A stretch of DNA of 64,000 nt from Planctomycetota bacterium. Lineage in GTDB: Bacteria > Planctomycetota > UBA1135 > UBA2386. The stretch covers positions 7,104,001 to 7,168,000 of the forward strand of contig OZ245006.1 in NCBI GenBank assembly GCA_965223545.1, read 5' to 3'. Numbering within the stretch: the first letter of the stretch is position 1; every line of letters starts with the position of its first letter. Below are positions 20,001 through 31,246 of the stretch, piece after piece. The translations under genes and the position numbers were made by a program. The notes under the pieces are model-generated. The model made no database searches, was not told where the DNA came from, and saw only the letters and a list, made by a program, of their open reading frames with translations.

Positions 20001-21084
20001 CGTCGAGGTGTATCTCGACGCCCGCGGGCAGAAGGGGGCGTGGGAGGCCGTGGTCAGCTTCCTCAACGTGCCGAAGACCGCGGCGATCGAGAAGCTCGCC
20101 GCCGAGGCGCAGTGGTTCGAGGAGCGGATGCCGTGGGATGACGAGTTCAAGAAGGAGAACGTCGTCGGCATCAGTGCGCGCTCGATCTCGGTGATCACCG
20201 AGACCGGCGACTCGGGGCCGATCACTCCGATCGGGATCAATCTGCCCAACGAGACCGACATCCGCGAGCAGTACGGCAGCAAGTCCGTCAACCTGAGCAA
20301 CGTCGTCGAGGCCTACGAGGAGTCGCGCGCCGGCGGCAGTGCGGCGGAGTTCGCGTGGTCGCAAGCCGAGGTCGAGCGCGCCGCCAAGTGGGGGGCGATC
20401 AGCGGCGACATCCACACCAACCTGCACGAGGTCGTCGGCCACGCATCGGGCAAGCTGCGGCCGGAGATCCGCAACCCGGCGTCCAAGCTGGGTATGTACT
20501 CCTCGACTTTGGAGGAGGCGCGCGCCGATCTGGTCGGCCTCTACTGGATCCCCGACGACAAGCTGCGCGAAATGGGCATCGTGCCGGACCCCGACGCCGC
20601 GCTCGCCGAGTACGAGGCCTACGCCCGCAACGCGCTGGTGCAGCTGCGCCGCGTCGCGCTGGGCGATCGCCTCGAAGACGACCACATGCGCAACCGCCAG
20701 CTGGTGGTGCACTGGTTGATCGACAACAGCGATGCGATCGCCGTCGAGCGGCGCGACGGCAAGACCTACTACCGGGTGACCGCGGTGGATGCCTTCCGCG
20801 AGGCGTCTGGGCGCCTGCTCGGCGAGATCATGCGGATCAAGGCGACCGGGGACTTCGCCGCCGGCAAGGCGCTGGTCGAGCGCTACGGCACGCGCATCGA
20901 CGAGACCCTGCACCGCGAGGTGCTGGCGCGCATCGAGGCCCTCGGCCTGCCGTCCGCCACCGGCTTCGTGCAGCCCGAGCTGCGGCTGGTGCACGGTGAG
21001 GACGGGCAGGTCGTCGACGTCGTGGTCCACTACCCGATGAGCCTGGCGGCGCAGATGCTCCGCTTCAGCGGGCGCGCGCGGTGA
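17017..21084 (+). CDS. Fusion of S9 (DPP5-like) prolyl-oligopeptidase-family peptidase and M49 (DPP III) metallopeptidase
   Basis: Signal peptide; WSPDG propeller repeats; GASFGG/DYRV/EGHW triad; Ala/Gly linker; QLYADGF...HEVVGH...EEARAD. Confidence 0.92.
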   Translation: MAHSISRRLVPLAVALAAVLPGQDSGAQRLTPELLWQLRRVSDPKPDPTGQYLLYAVRTYDIDENSGTTQLYLLDLRKNERRQLTTQGSNFSACWSPSGDAVAFLSTRGGAPQIYRMRIDGGEPTQVTSVEGGVANLAWSPDGAHFSFTADVSLDPDVHDRYPDLPEAEVKIYDSLLFRHWDQWKDGTYSHLFVVPVDGGEPRDLMPGERFDTPVKPFGGGEQIAWSPDGKELCYTAKKVEGTAWVSSTDNDLYVVPVDGGPAVVLTDANPGYDQEPVYSPDGKWIAYHSMERAGFESDRNRIMLYERATGAITELTRGHDMSTHGVAWAPDSAAVYFSADVKGTTQVFRLALPGSGGLAGARALSRGRAQVTGPVPSADGAWVYCTAQSTERPYEIVRLPVGAESPTEPRTAVLTHENDALYASLELPVVEERWFPATDGKQIHSWVIKPPGFDPARRYPMLLYCQGGPQSQVGQWFSYRWNFHLMAAQGYVVLAVNRRGLPGFGQEWNDQISRDWGGQAMQDLLTATDAMQQEPYIDAERTAAVGASFGGYTVFWLMGNDDRDRFCTMIAHCGVFNLESMYLSTEELFFVNWDLGGPFWQDPEVWEDYERFSPHRKVANWTTPLLVIHGARDYRVPDAQGLQAFTAAQVQGVPSRLLYFPDEGHWVLSPQNGLVWHREFFAWLDRFCKPEGAVPASGGGAAAARAVDADASGDAGVGDRRYLLERVDDTAVVQLYADGFEQLSLRDKQLCYHLAQAAIAGRDIFIDQKFEENLPIRDLLEELYLHRGVLGAELGAEIERYTKLFWVHNGVHNAITTKKERLNATPEQLRAAVAAARADGAQIAFDDARLAALFAVLTDPSSFASCTNKSPEHGDVLAESANNLYAGVTSADLEGFDERYPLNSRLWKRPDGGLVEQVYRAGDGATVPPGLYARELNAVIGHLRAALPFAPPPTQKALRHLIRYYETGDPEDWRRFNIAWVQDTDSVVDQINGFVEVYLDARGQKGAWEAVVSFLNVPKTAAIEKLAAEAQWFEERMPWDDEFKKENVVGISARSISVITETGDSGPITPIGINLPNETDIREQYGSKSVNLSNVVEAYEESRAGGSAAEFAWSQAEVERAAKWGAISGDIHTNLHEVVGHASGKLRPEIRNPASKLGMYSSTLEEARADLVGLYWIPDDKLREMGIVPDPDAALAEYEAYARNALVQLRRVALGDRLEDDHMRNRQLVVHWLIDNSDAIAVERRDGKTYYRVTAVDAFREASGRLLGEIMRIKATGDFAAGKALVERYGTRIDETLHREVLARIEALGLPSATGFVQPELRLVHGEDGQVVDVVVHYPMSLAAQMLRFSGRAR

Positions 21085-21470
21085 GCCGCCCCGGCCTGGT
21101 CGACCGAGTGGGCGGCCCCGACGGCCTGCGCCGCATCCTGACGCGCTTCTACGACCGCCTCGCGCTCGACCCGATGGTCTGTCACCACTTCGCCGGCCGC
21201 GATCTGCAGACCATCATCGATGGCCAGCACGCGTTTCTGAGCAAGGCCCTCGGCGCCACCACCCGCTACACAGGCCGCCACCCCAAGGACGCCCACCGCG
21301 CGCTGGCCCCGATCCTCACCGGCCAGTTCGACCGCCGCCTCGTCCTCCTCGAGCAAGAGCTCCGCGCCGCCGGCCTCGACGACGACGACCGCGAGCAGTG
21401 GCTCGCCGTCGAGCGCAGCATGCGCCGCCTCATCGTCCACGAACGCCCCTGCAACAAGTACGGAGTCTGA
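21081..21470 (+). CDS. Group I truncated hemoglobin (GlbN-like)
   Basis: VGG, FYDR, HHF, QHAFL, YTGR, AH (proximal His); GTGA overlap with the peptidase stop. Confidence 0.85.
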   Translation: MSRPGLVDRVGGPDGLRRILTRFYDRLALDPMVCHHFAGRDLQTIIDGQHAFLSKALGATTRYTGRHPKDAHRALAPILTGQFDRRLVLLEQELRAAGLDDDDREQWLAVERSMRRLIVHERPCNKYGV

Positions 21471-21540
21471 CTCGATTTTCTCGCTTGGCGGGGCGGCTTC
21501 GCCGCCCCGCCAAGCGAGAAAATCGAGTCAGACTCCGTAC
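21458..21540. repeat. Perfect 40-bp inverted repeat with 3-nt loop (REPIN-like)
   Basis: Arm 21458-21497 gtacggagtctgactcgattttctcgcttggcggggcggc is the exact reverse complement of 21501-21540; loop ttc. Confidence 0.95.
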
Positions 21541-21541
21541 G

Positions 21542-22447
21542 CTACGCGATCGGCGCGCGGAAGTGTGGGGCGCGCAGGCGGACGAGGAGGTCGCCGGCGG
21601 CGCGGCCGCGGACCCAACGGGCCAGCGTGCGCGCGCCGGTGAACAGCAGGTCGGCGAGCTCGGCGCCCACCGCCTTGCCGGCGCCGAAGTGTTTGCGCAG
21701 GTAGTAGTAGCGGCTCTGGAAGTAGTGCTCGGCGATGCAGCCGTGGTAGAGCGCGGCGTTGGTCGAACGCGCGCTGTGGTGGGTCTGGTGGTGGGCGGTG
21801 GCGTTCGGCACCACGCACACCTTGTGGCCCGCCTGGTGCAGCCGGTAGCAGAGGTCGGTTTCCTCGAAGTAGAGGAAGAAGCGCGGATCGAACCCCTCGA
21901 GCTCGCGCAGCACTTCGGTGCGCGCCAGCAGCGCGGCGCCGCAGAGCCAGTCGACCTTGTACGGCGCACTCGCGGTCACCATCGGCCGCGGCCGCTCTTC
22001 TGCGCGCGGTCGGCCGAGCGCGTCGCGCACCACCATCCCCGGCGTGGGGAACGCGTGCAGCAGCTGCGGTGGGCCGTCACCGTTGTCGATCACCGGACCG
22101 CAGACGGCGGTCTTCTGATCGTGCTGCAGGAAGCCGACGAGCTTCTGCAGGTCGTCGTAGCCGAGCGCGGCGTCGGGGTTGAGCAGCAGCACGTACGGCG
22201 TGTCGACGTGCTCGAGCCCGAGGTTGTTGGCGCGGCCGAAGCCGAGGTTGTCGCCGGCCTCGACGACGCGCACCCAGGGGTGCTCGCACTGCACCAGCTC
22301 TTTGGTGTTGTCGTCGGAATCGTTGTCGACGACGACGCAGTCGAGCTGGCCGCGCTCGTGCGCCGTGCGCAGCGACTCGAGCGCCGCGCCGACGGTGCGC
22401 GCCGAGTGGTAGGTGACGATGATGGCGGTGACGCGCGGCACGCTCAT
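21542..22447 (-). CDS. Glycosyltransferase family 2 (WbbL-like)
   Basis: VVDNDSDD, NLGFGRANN, LLNPD, GFDPRFFLYFEETD. Confidence 0.92.
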   Translation of the reverse strand: MSVPRVTAIIVTYHSARTVGAALESLRTAHERGQLDCVVVDNDSDDNTKELVQCEHPWVRVVEAGDNLGFGRANNLGLEHVDTPYVLLLNPDAALGYDDLQKLVGFLQHDQKTAVCGPVIDNGDGPPQLLHAFPTPGMVVRDALGRPRAEERPRPMVTASAPYKVDWLCGAALLARTEVLRELEGFDPRFFLYFEETDLCYRLHQAGHKVCVVPNATAHHQTHHSARSTNAALYHGCIAEHYFQSRYYYLRKHFGAGKAVGAELADLLFTGARTLARWVRGRAAGDLLVRLRAPHFRAPIA

Positions 22448-22488
22448 GAGCTGTCGATTCTATCGGCGCGCCGCCGCCCTCGCCTTCG

Positions 22489-23904
22489 CTATGGCTCTCT
22501 GTGCCCGGCCCGGTCGGAAGTTCCCGCCATGGCGATGGCGCCGGCGACCGCGAACGGCACCACGCGCTGCCAGAACCCACTCAGGGACAGCTCGTAGGCG
22601 GCGACGCTGAGGCCGAAACCGGCCAGCATCGCCGCCAGGGTGGCGCCGGGCCGCAGCGGACCGCGCCAGCAGCGCACCAGCAGCAGCGGGCCGAAGGCGG
22701 CACCCATCGCGGTCCAGGCGAACAGCACGCCCTGGAAGATCGATGCCGACAGCAGGATCGCCGCCGCGGTCGCGGCCGCCGTCAAGCCGAGAACGACCAG
22801 CCGCGAGCGGTGCGGGCTGTCGTGCGCTCGGCCGCCGCCGAGGTCGTGACTCGCCGACGACGCGGCGACCAGCAGCTGGCTGTCGGCGGTCGACATCACG
22901 GCCGAAAGCACCGCGGCGATCACCACGCCGGCGACCACCGGCGGGCAGAGAGAATCGGCGAGGCTGAGGAAGACGGTCTCGGCGTCGTCGAGGCCGGCGA
23001 CGAGCACGCGGCCGGCGAGTCCCAGCACCAGCATGCCGGTGTAGACCAGGAACGCCCAGGCCAGCGCGACCCGGCGTCCGGTGACGACGGCCCGCTCGTC
23101 GCGCAGCGCCATGAAGCGGTTGACGACGTGCGGCTGCCCGGGGTAGCCCAGGCCGATGCCGAGGAGGCCGGCGACGGCGCCGATGCCGGCGGCCGTTCCG
23201 GCGCCGCCGAGGAGATTGGTGTAGCCGGTCTGCTCGACCGCGGCGATGCCGTCGATGAGGGCCGTGGGGCCGCCCGCCGCGACGACGGCCCACACCGGCA
23301 GCACCACTGCGGTCGCCGCCATCACCATCCCCTGCAGTGTGTCGGTGAGACTGACGGCCCAGAAGCCGCCGAGCAGCGTGTAGGCGAGGACGATGCCGCT
23401 GCCGATCAACACCGCCTGCACCGGCGGCACGCCGAACGTGGTCGCGAAGGTCGTGCCGGCGCCTTGGAACTGATAGGCGACGTAGGTGCCGAGCGAGAGC
23501 AGGATGATCAACGACGCCGTCCAGTTGATCGCCCCGCGCAACGGCGTCCCCGCGGGCCCGGCGAGCACCTCGGTGACCGTGATCGCGCCGGTGTCGGCGG
23601 CGAGTCGGCGCAGCCGCGGCGCCAGCAGGAACCAGTTGAGGGCGAAACCGCCGACACAGCCGGGAAACAGCCACAGCGCCGACAGGCCGTTGGTGTAGGC
23701 GTAGCCGCTGACCCCGAACAGGGTCCACACCGACGACGAGCTCGCCGACGCGCTCACCGCCGCGACCACCGGGCCGAGCCGCCGGCCGCCGAGGAAGAAG
23801 TCGCGCGCGTCCACGGTGCGGCGGTGCGCCCACAGCCCCAGCCCCAGCAGACCGATCTTGTAGGCGATCAGGGTGACGAGGATGGCGATCGCGCGGTCGT
23901 CCAC
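22489..23904 (-). CDS. Sodium:solute symporter (PutP-like)
   Basis: FFLGGR, YTLLGGFWAVSLTDTLQG, GYPGQPH, AVMSTADSQL; many TM helices. Confidence 0.9.
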   Translation of the reverse strand: MDDRAIAILVTLIAYKIGLLGLGLWAHRRTVDARDFFLGGRRLGPVVAAVSASASSSSVWTLFGVSGYAYTNGLSALWLFPGCVGGFALNWFLLAPRLRRLAADTGAITVTEVLAGPAGTPLRGAINWTASLIILLSLGTYVAYQFQGAGTTFATTFGVPPVQAVLIGSGIVLAYTLLGGFWAVSLTDTLQGMVMAATAVVLPVWAVVAAGGPTALIDGIAAVEQTGYTNLLGGAGTAAGIGAVAGLLGIGLGYPGQPHVVNRFMALRDERAVVTGRRVALAWAFLVYTGMLVLGLAGRVLVAGLDDAETVFLSLADSLCPPVVAGVVIAAVLSAVMSTADSQLLVAASSASHDLGGGRAHDSPHRSRLVVLGLTAAATAAAILLSASIFQGVLFAWTAMGAAFGPLLLVRCWRGPLRPGATLAAMLAGFGLSVAAYELSLSGFWQRVVPFAVAGAIAMAGTSDRAGHREP

Positions 23905-23954
23905 CACCAAAGCGTAGCGGGCGCGCGGAGCGCGGCCAGCGTGCGGACGACGGC

Positions 23955-23983
23955 TTGACAGCGCGGTCGCCGGCGCCAATGGT
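23955..23983 (+). promoter_or_regulatory. Putative sigma70 promoter of pgi (leaderless)
   Basis: TTGACA-N17-AATGGT, then 7 nt to ATG at 23991. Confidence 0.5.
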
Positions 23984-23990
23984 CGCGGCC

Positions 23991-25580
23991 ATGAGTGCGT
24001 CGCCCGCCACCGACCCGTCCGACTTCGCGCGTTTCCTGCACTGGCGGCGCGCCCTCGCACAGCCCGCGATGACGCTCGACTTCGGCCGCGCCGGTTTGCG
24101 GGACGAGGACCTCGACGCGCACGGCGACGCGCTCGGGCGCGCGCTCGAGGCGATGCACGCGCTCGAAGGCGGCGCGATCGCCAACCCCGACGAGCAGCGG
24201 CAGGTCGGCCACTACTGGCTCCGCGCCCCCGAGCTGGCGCCGGAGCCGGCGATCGCCGATTCGATCCGCGGCGGCGTCGACGCGGTGTGTGCGTTCGCCG
24301 CGTCCGTCGCCGCCGGCGACGTGGCGCCGCCCGAGGGCGGGCGCTTCCGCGCGCTGTTGGTGGTCGGCATCGGCGGCTCGGCGCTCGGGCCGATGCTGAT
24401 CGCCGACGCGTTCGGCGGTGGCGGTGCCGGCATGCCGGTGACCGTGCTCGACAACACCGATCCCGACGGCATCGACCGCACCCTGGCGTCCCTCGCGCCG
24501 CTGCAGGACGTGTTGGTGTGCGTGATCAGCAAGTCGGGCGGCACGCCGGAGACCCGCAACGGCATGCTCGAGGTCGAGCACGCGCTGCGCACCGACGGGC
24601 TCGCGCTGGCGCCGCGCGCCGTGGCGATCACCCAGGTCGGCAGCGCGCTGCACCAACGCGCGGTCGACGGCGGCTGGCTCGCCACCTTCGAGATGTGGGA
24701 CTGGGTCGGCGGGCGCACCAGCCAGCTGTCGGCGGTCGGGCTGTTGCCGGCAGCCCTCGGCGGCGTGGACGTGCGCGCACTGCTGCGCGGCGCGGCCGCG
24801 GTCGACCGCTGGACGCGGGCGCCCGCGGCCGACAACCCCGCCGCGCTGATGGCGCTGTGGTGGTGGCTCGAGGGCTGTGGCCGCGGCGAGCGGGCGATGG
24901 TGGTGCTGCCCTACAAGGACCGGCTGCAGCTGTTCGGCCGCTACCTGCAGCAGCTGGTGATGGAATCCCTCGGCAAGCGCCTCGACCGCGCCGGAGCCGA
25001 GGTGCACCAGGGGCTGACCGTGTACGGCAACAAGGGCTCGACCGACCAGCACGCCTACGTGCAGCAGCTGCGGGACGGGCGGCACGACTTCTTCGCGGTG
25101 TTCGTCCGCGTGCTCGAAGACCGCGCCGGGGAGTCGATCGAGGTCGAACCCGGGGTCACCGCCGGCGACTACCTCGATGGCTTTCTCTTGGGCACCCGCA
25201 GTGCGCTCGACGAGGCGGGGCGCCGCTCCCTGACCATCACCCTGCGGCGCGTGGACGCGGAATCGATCGGTGGACTGATCGCGCTGTTCGAGCGGGCGGT
25301 CGGCCTCTACGCCGAGCTCATCGACATCAACGCCTACCACCAGCCCGGAGTGGAGGCGGGCAAGCGGGCAGCGGCGCAGGTGCTCGACCTGCAGCGGCGC
25401 GCGCTGGCCGCCATCGACGCCACCCCGCGCACGTGTGTGGAACTCGCCGCTGCGCTCGATGTCGATCCCGCCGACCTGTGGCCGGTGCTCGAACACCTGG
25501 CGCACAACCGGTCGTCGGTGGCGGTCGACGACGACGGCGCACCGGAGGCGGCGCGCTTTCACGGCCCCAAGATCCGGTAG
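23991..25580 (+). CDS. pgi: Glucose-6-phosphate isomerase
   Basis: GIGGSALG, SKSGGTPET, VGGRTS, QQLVMESLGK, AYHQPGVEAGK. Confidence 0.95.
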   Translation: MSASPATDPSDFARFLHWRRALAQPAMTLDFGRAGLRDEDLDAHGDALGRALEAMHALEGGAIANPDEQRQVGHYWLRAPELAPEPAIADSIRGGVDAVCAFAASVAAGDVAPPEGGRFRALLVVGIGGSALGPMLIADAFGGGGAGMPVTVLDNTDPDGIDRTLASLAPLQDVLVCVISKSGGTPETRNGMLEVEHALRTDGLALAPRAVAITQVGSALHQRAVDGGWLATFEMWDWVGGRTSQLSAVGLLPAALGGVDVRALLRGAAAVDRWTRAPAADNPAALMALWWWLEGCGRGERAMVVLPYKDRLQLFGRYLQQLVMESLGKRLDRAGAEVHQGLTVYGNKGSTDQHAYVQQLRDGRHDFFAVFVRVLEDRAGESIEVEPGVTAGDYLDGFLLGTRSALDEAGRRSLTITLRRVDAESIGGLIALFERAVGLYAELIDINAYHQPGVEAGKRAAAQVLDLQRRALAAIDATPRTCVELAAALDVDPADLWPVLEHLAHNRSSVAVDDDGAPEAARFHGPKIR

Positions 25581-25595
25581 GTGCGGCGATTTCAT

Positions 25596-25634
25596 GCCCC
25601 AACATTTGAGGTTGGGGCGCGTGGCGGGTATAAA
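25596..25634 (+). promoter_or_regulatory. Putative guaBA promoter overlapped by an 8-bp inverted repeat
   Basis: TTGAGG(25606)-N17-TATAAA(25629); inverted repeat gccccaac-N7-gttggggc at 25596-25618. Confidence 0.5.
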
Positions 25635-25664
25635 CCTGGGGCTTTCTCCCACGAGAAGGCGCCC

Positions 25665-27121
25665 GTGCAGAAGATCCAAGGCGTTGGCCTCACCTACGAC
25701 GACGTCCTGCTGATTCCGCGCCAGGCTTCGGCGCTGCCGCGCGACGTCGTCACCGACAGCTGGTTCTGCCGCGGGGTTCCTCTGCGCGTGCCGATCGCCA
25801 GCGCGGCCATGGACACGGTCACCGAGGCGCGGCTGGCGATCGCCCTGGCGCTCGAGGGCGGCATCGGCGTGGTGCACAAGAATCTGTCGGTGCAGGCGCA
25901 GGTGCACGAGGTCGATCGGGTCAAGCGCAGCAGCAACGGCGTGATCCCGGACCCGGTGACGCTGCGGCCGTCGCAGACGGTGGGGGAGGCGCGCGACATG
26001 ATGCGCGACCAGCGCATCAGCGGTCTGCCGGTGGTCGACGACGCGATGCGGGTGCTCGGCATTCTGACGCGGCGCGACCTGCGCTTCGTCGAGAGCCGCG
26101 AGCTGCGGGTCGAGGAGGTGATGACCAAGTCGCCGCTGGTGACCGCACCGCCCGAGACCACGCTCGAGGAGGCGCGCGCCATCCTGCAGCGCAACAAGGT
26201 GGAGAAGCTGCTGCTGGTCGAGCAGGACGGCACCCTGGCCGGCCTGATCACGATCCGCGACATCGACATGACCGAGGAGTTTCCGTACGCGGCCAAGGAC
26301 GCGCGGGGGCGACTGCTGGTCGGTGCGGCGGTCGGCGTGCACGACACCGAGCGGGTCGATCAGCTGGTGGCGGCCGGCTGCGACGTGATCGTGGTGGACA
26401 CGGCGCACGGCCACTCCGACAACGTGCTCAACACGGTGGCGGCGATCAAGCAGCGCCACGACGTGCCCGTGGTCGCCGGCAACGTCGCCACCGCCGACGG
26501 CGCGCGCGCGCTGCTCGAAGTCGGCGCCGACGGCATCAAGGTGGGCATCGGTCCGGGCAGCATCTGCACCACGCGCATCGTCACCGGCGTCGGCGTGCCG
26601 CAGCTCACCGCGGTGATGGAATGCGTGGGCGTGGCCCGCGCGGCGTCGGTGCCGGTCATCGCCGACGGCGGCATTCGCACTTCCGGCGACATGGTCAAGG
26701 CGCTGGCGGCCGGCGCGTCGTCGGTGATGCTGGGCAGCTTGCTCGCCGGCCTCGACGAGGCGCCGGGCGAGACCATTCTGTATCGCGGTCGCACCTTCAA
26801 GGCGGTGCGCGGCATGGGGTCGCTGGGCGCGATGGAGGCCGGCAGCGCCGACCGCTACGCGCAGGGCGAAATCGTCAACACGCCGAAGTTCGTGCCCGAG
26901 GGCATCGAGGGCATGGTGCCGACGCGCGGACCGCTGTCCTCCTACGTCTATCAGCTCGTCGGCGGCATTCGCTCGGGCATGGGATACCTCGGCACGCGCA
27001 CCCTCGACGAGTTGTACGAGCACAGCCGCTTCGTGCAGATCACCGCGGCGGGCGTGCGCGAGTCGCATCCGCACGACGTGCGCATCACCAAGGAGGCGCC
27101 GAACTACAGCGGCGAGGACCA

Positions 27122-27125
<4 letters not shown>
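25665..27125 (+). CDS. guaB: IMP dehydrogenase
   Basis: [18 protein letters not shown] pair, [21 protein letters not shown]. Confidence 0.97.
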
Positions 27126-28716
<1,591 letters not shown>

Positions 28717-28720
<4 letters not shown>

Positions 28721-28744
28721 GGGGCGAACCGCCGACCCCCTCAC
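28717..28744. terminator. Hairpin between convergent guaA and ABC permease gene
   Basis: gtgagggg-N12-cccctcac. Confidence 0.35.
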
Positions 28745-28750
28745 GCCTCA

Positions 28751-30314
28751 TCAAGGATCGCGCCGCACCGCGACCGCGCCCACTGGCGCCCGCAGCCACG
28801 AGAAGATCTCGCGCACCGACGGCCGTTTCCCCGTCATCAGGATCCCGATGCGGAACACCTTGGCCGCGCCCCAGAACGCGATCACGATCGACACCAGGAT
28901 CAGCGCCGTCGTCGCCGCGTACTCCCACGCCGGCGGCGGGCCGGCGGCGCGGTTCATCATCAAGAACGGCGTGAACGGGGGGATGTAGGTCAGCACCTTG
29001 GCGAGGGTGCCGTTGGGGTCGTTGACCACGGGCACCATGGCGGCGATCGGCACGATCAGCAGGACGAAGACGGGTTGCTGCAGGTTTTGCGCCTCCTTGA
29101 GGCTGTTGCAGACGGCGCCGATGCCGACCAGGATCGCGGCGAAGAAGAAGTAGCCGCCCAGGAAGTAGCCGATGAACGAGCCGAGGTAGCGCGGGTCGCC
29201 GATGATGAGCTCGAGCTGGAGGCCGGCGATGCCGGGGGCGAAGTGGGGTGCGACCTCGACGGCGACGACCGCGCAGAGCGCCCAGAACACGACCAGGGTG
29301 AGGCCGGTGGCGGCGATGCCGAAGATCTTGCCGGCCATCAGCTGGAACGGTGAGACCGACGAGAGCAGCACCTCGATGATGCGGTTGGACTTCTCCTCGA
29401 TGGTGTTGGTCAACAGCATCTGCGTGACCATCATGATCGAGATCCACAGCAGGTAGACGAAGACCACCGGCGCGAACTGGTGCGCCTGCTCCTCCTTCTT
29501 GACCTCCTCGATCTCGCCGGTCTCGGCCGAGACCTTCTTGGCCGAGAACTCGAAGCGGTTGCGGATCGAGGCGGCCTGCTCCTTGGACAGCGACAGCGAC
29601 TCGATGCGGCGGGCGCGCACGATCTCGGTGGCGTGGTTGGAGAACCAGCGCCGCAGCTCGCTGTCGGTCAGGTTGTTGGAGACGTAGCGGCTGTCGTCGT
29701 CGCTGCCGACCGGATCCTCTGGAATCACGAAGTAGGCGAACAGCGAGCCGTCCTGCAGCTGCTGCTTGAGTTCGTCTTCGATCGCGTCCGGGTCGCCGTC
29801 TTCGTAGACCCGGATGTAGCGCTCGCGGTCGAGGTTGGTGTCGAGCTGCGCGATCTCCTCGGGCGTCTTGCTCGCCATCCACTGAGTCAGCTGCTCGAGG
29901 AGCATGCTCTGCAGCTCCTCCATGTCGGGCGGTGCGGCGGGATCGGCCTGCGCGACGGCGTCGATGACCAGGCCGAACAGCTCGCGCTGCACCTCGGGGC
30001 CCGCCATCTCCTCTTGCTTCTGGCGCATCAGCGCCAGCACCTCGTCGCGGTCGCCCTCGAGGCTGGCGGCGTCGATGACTTCGTCGAGCAGGCGCTTGAA
30101 GTCGCTCTCGTTGGCGCGGTCCTCGATCGCCTTCGACAGCCACTGCCCCTCGCTGTGGTCGACGACGCCGTAGCGGCGCGCGTCCTTGGCGTCGCGCATC
30201 ACCACCATGATGGCGATGGTGCCGATCAGGATGACCGGGACCGCGAGGATGCCGATCCAAAACGTCTTGGTGCGCAGGTTCTCGAGATACTCGCGCAGCG
30301 CGACCAGCACGGTC

Positions 30315-30322
<8 letters not shown>
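28751..30322 (-). CDS. ABC-2 type transporter permease (NatB/YhaP-like) with large extracytoplasmic loop
   Basis: ALREYLENLRTKTF, IEEKSNRIIEVLLSS, PPFTP. Confidence 0.88.
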
Positions 30323-31223
<901 letters not shown>

Positions 31224-31246
31224 GGGGCGCTTGGTCTAATTGAGCG

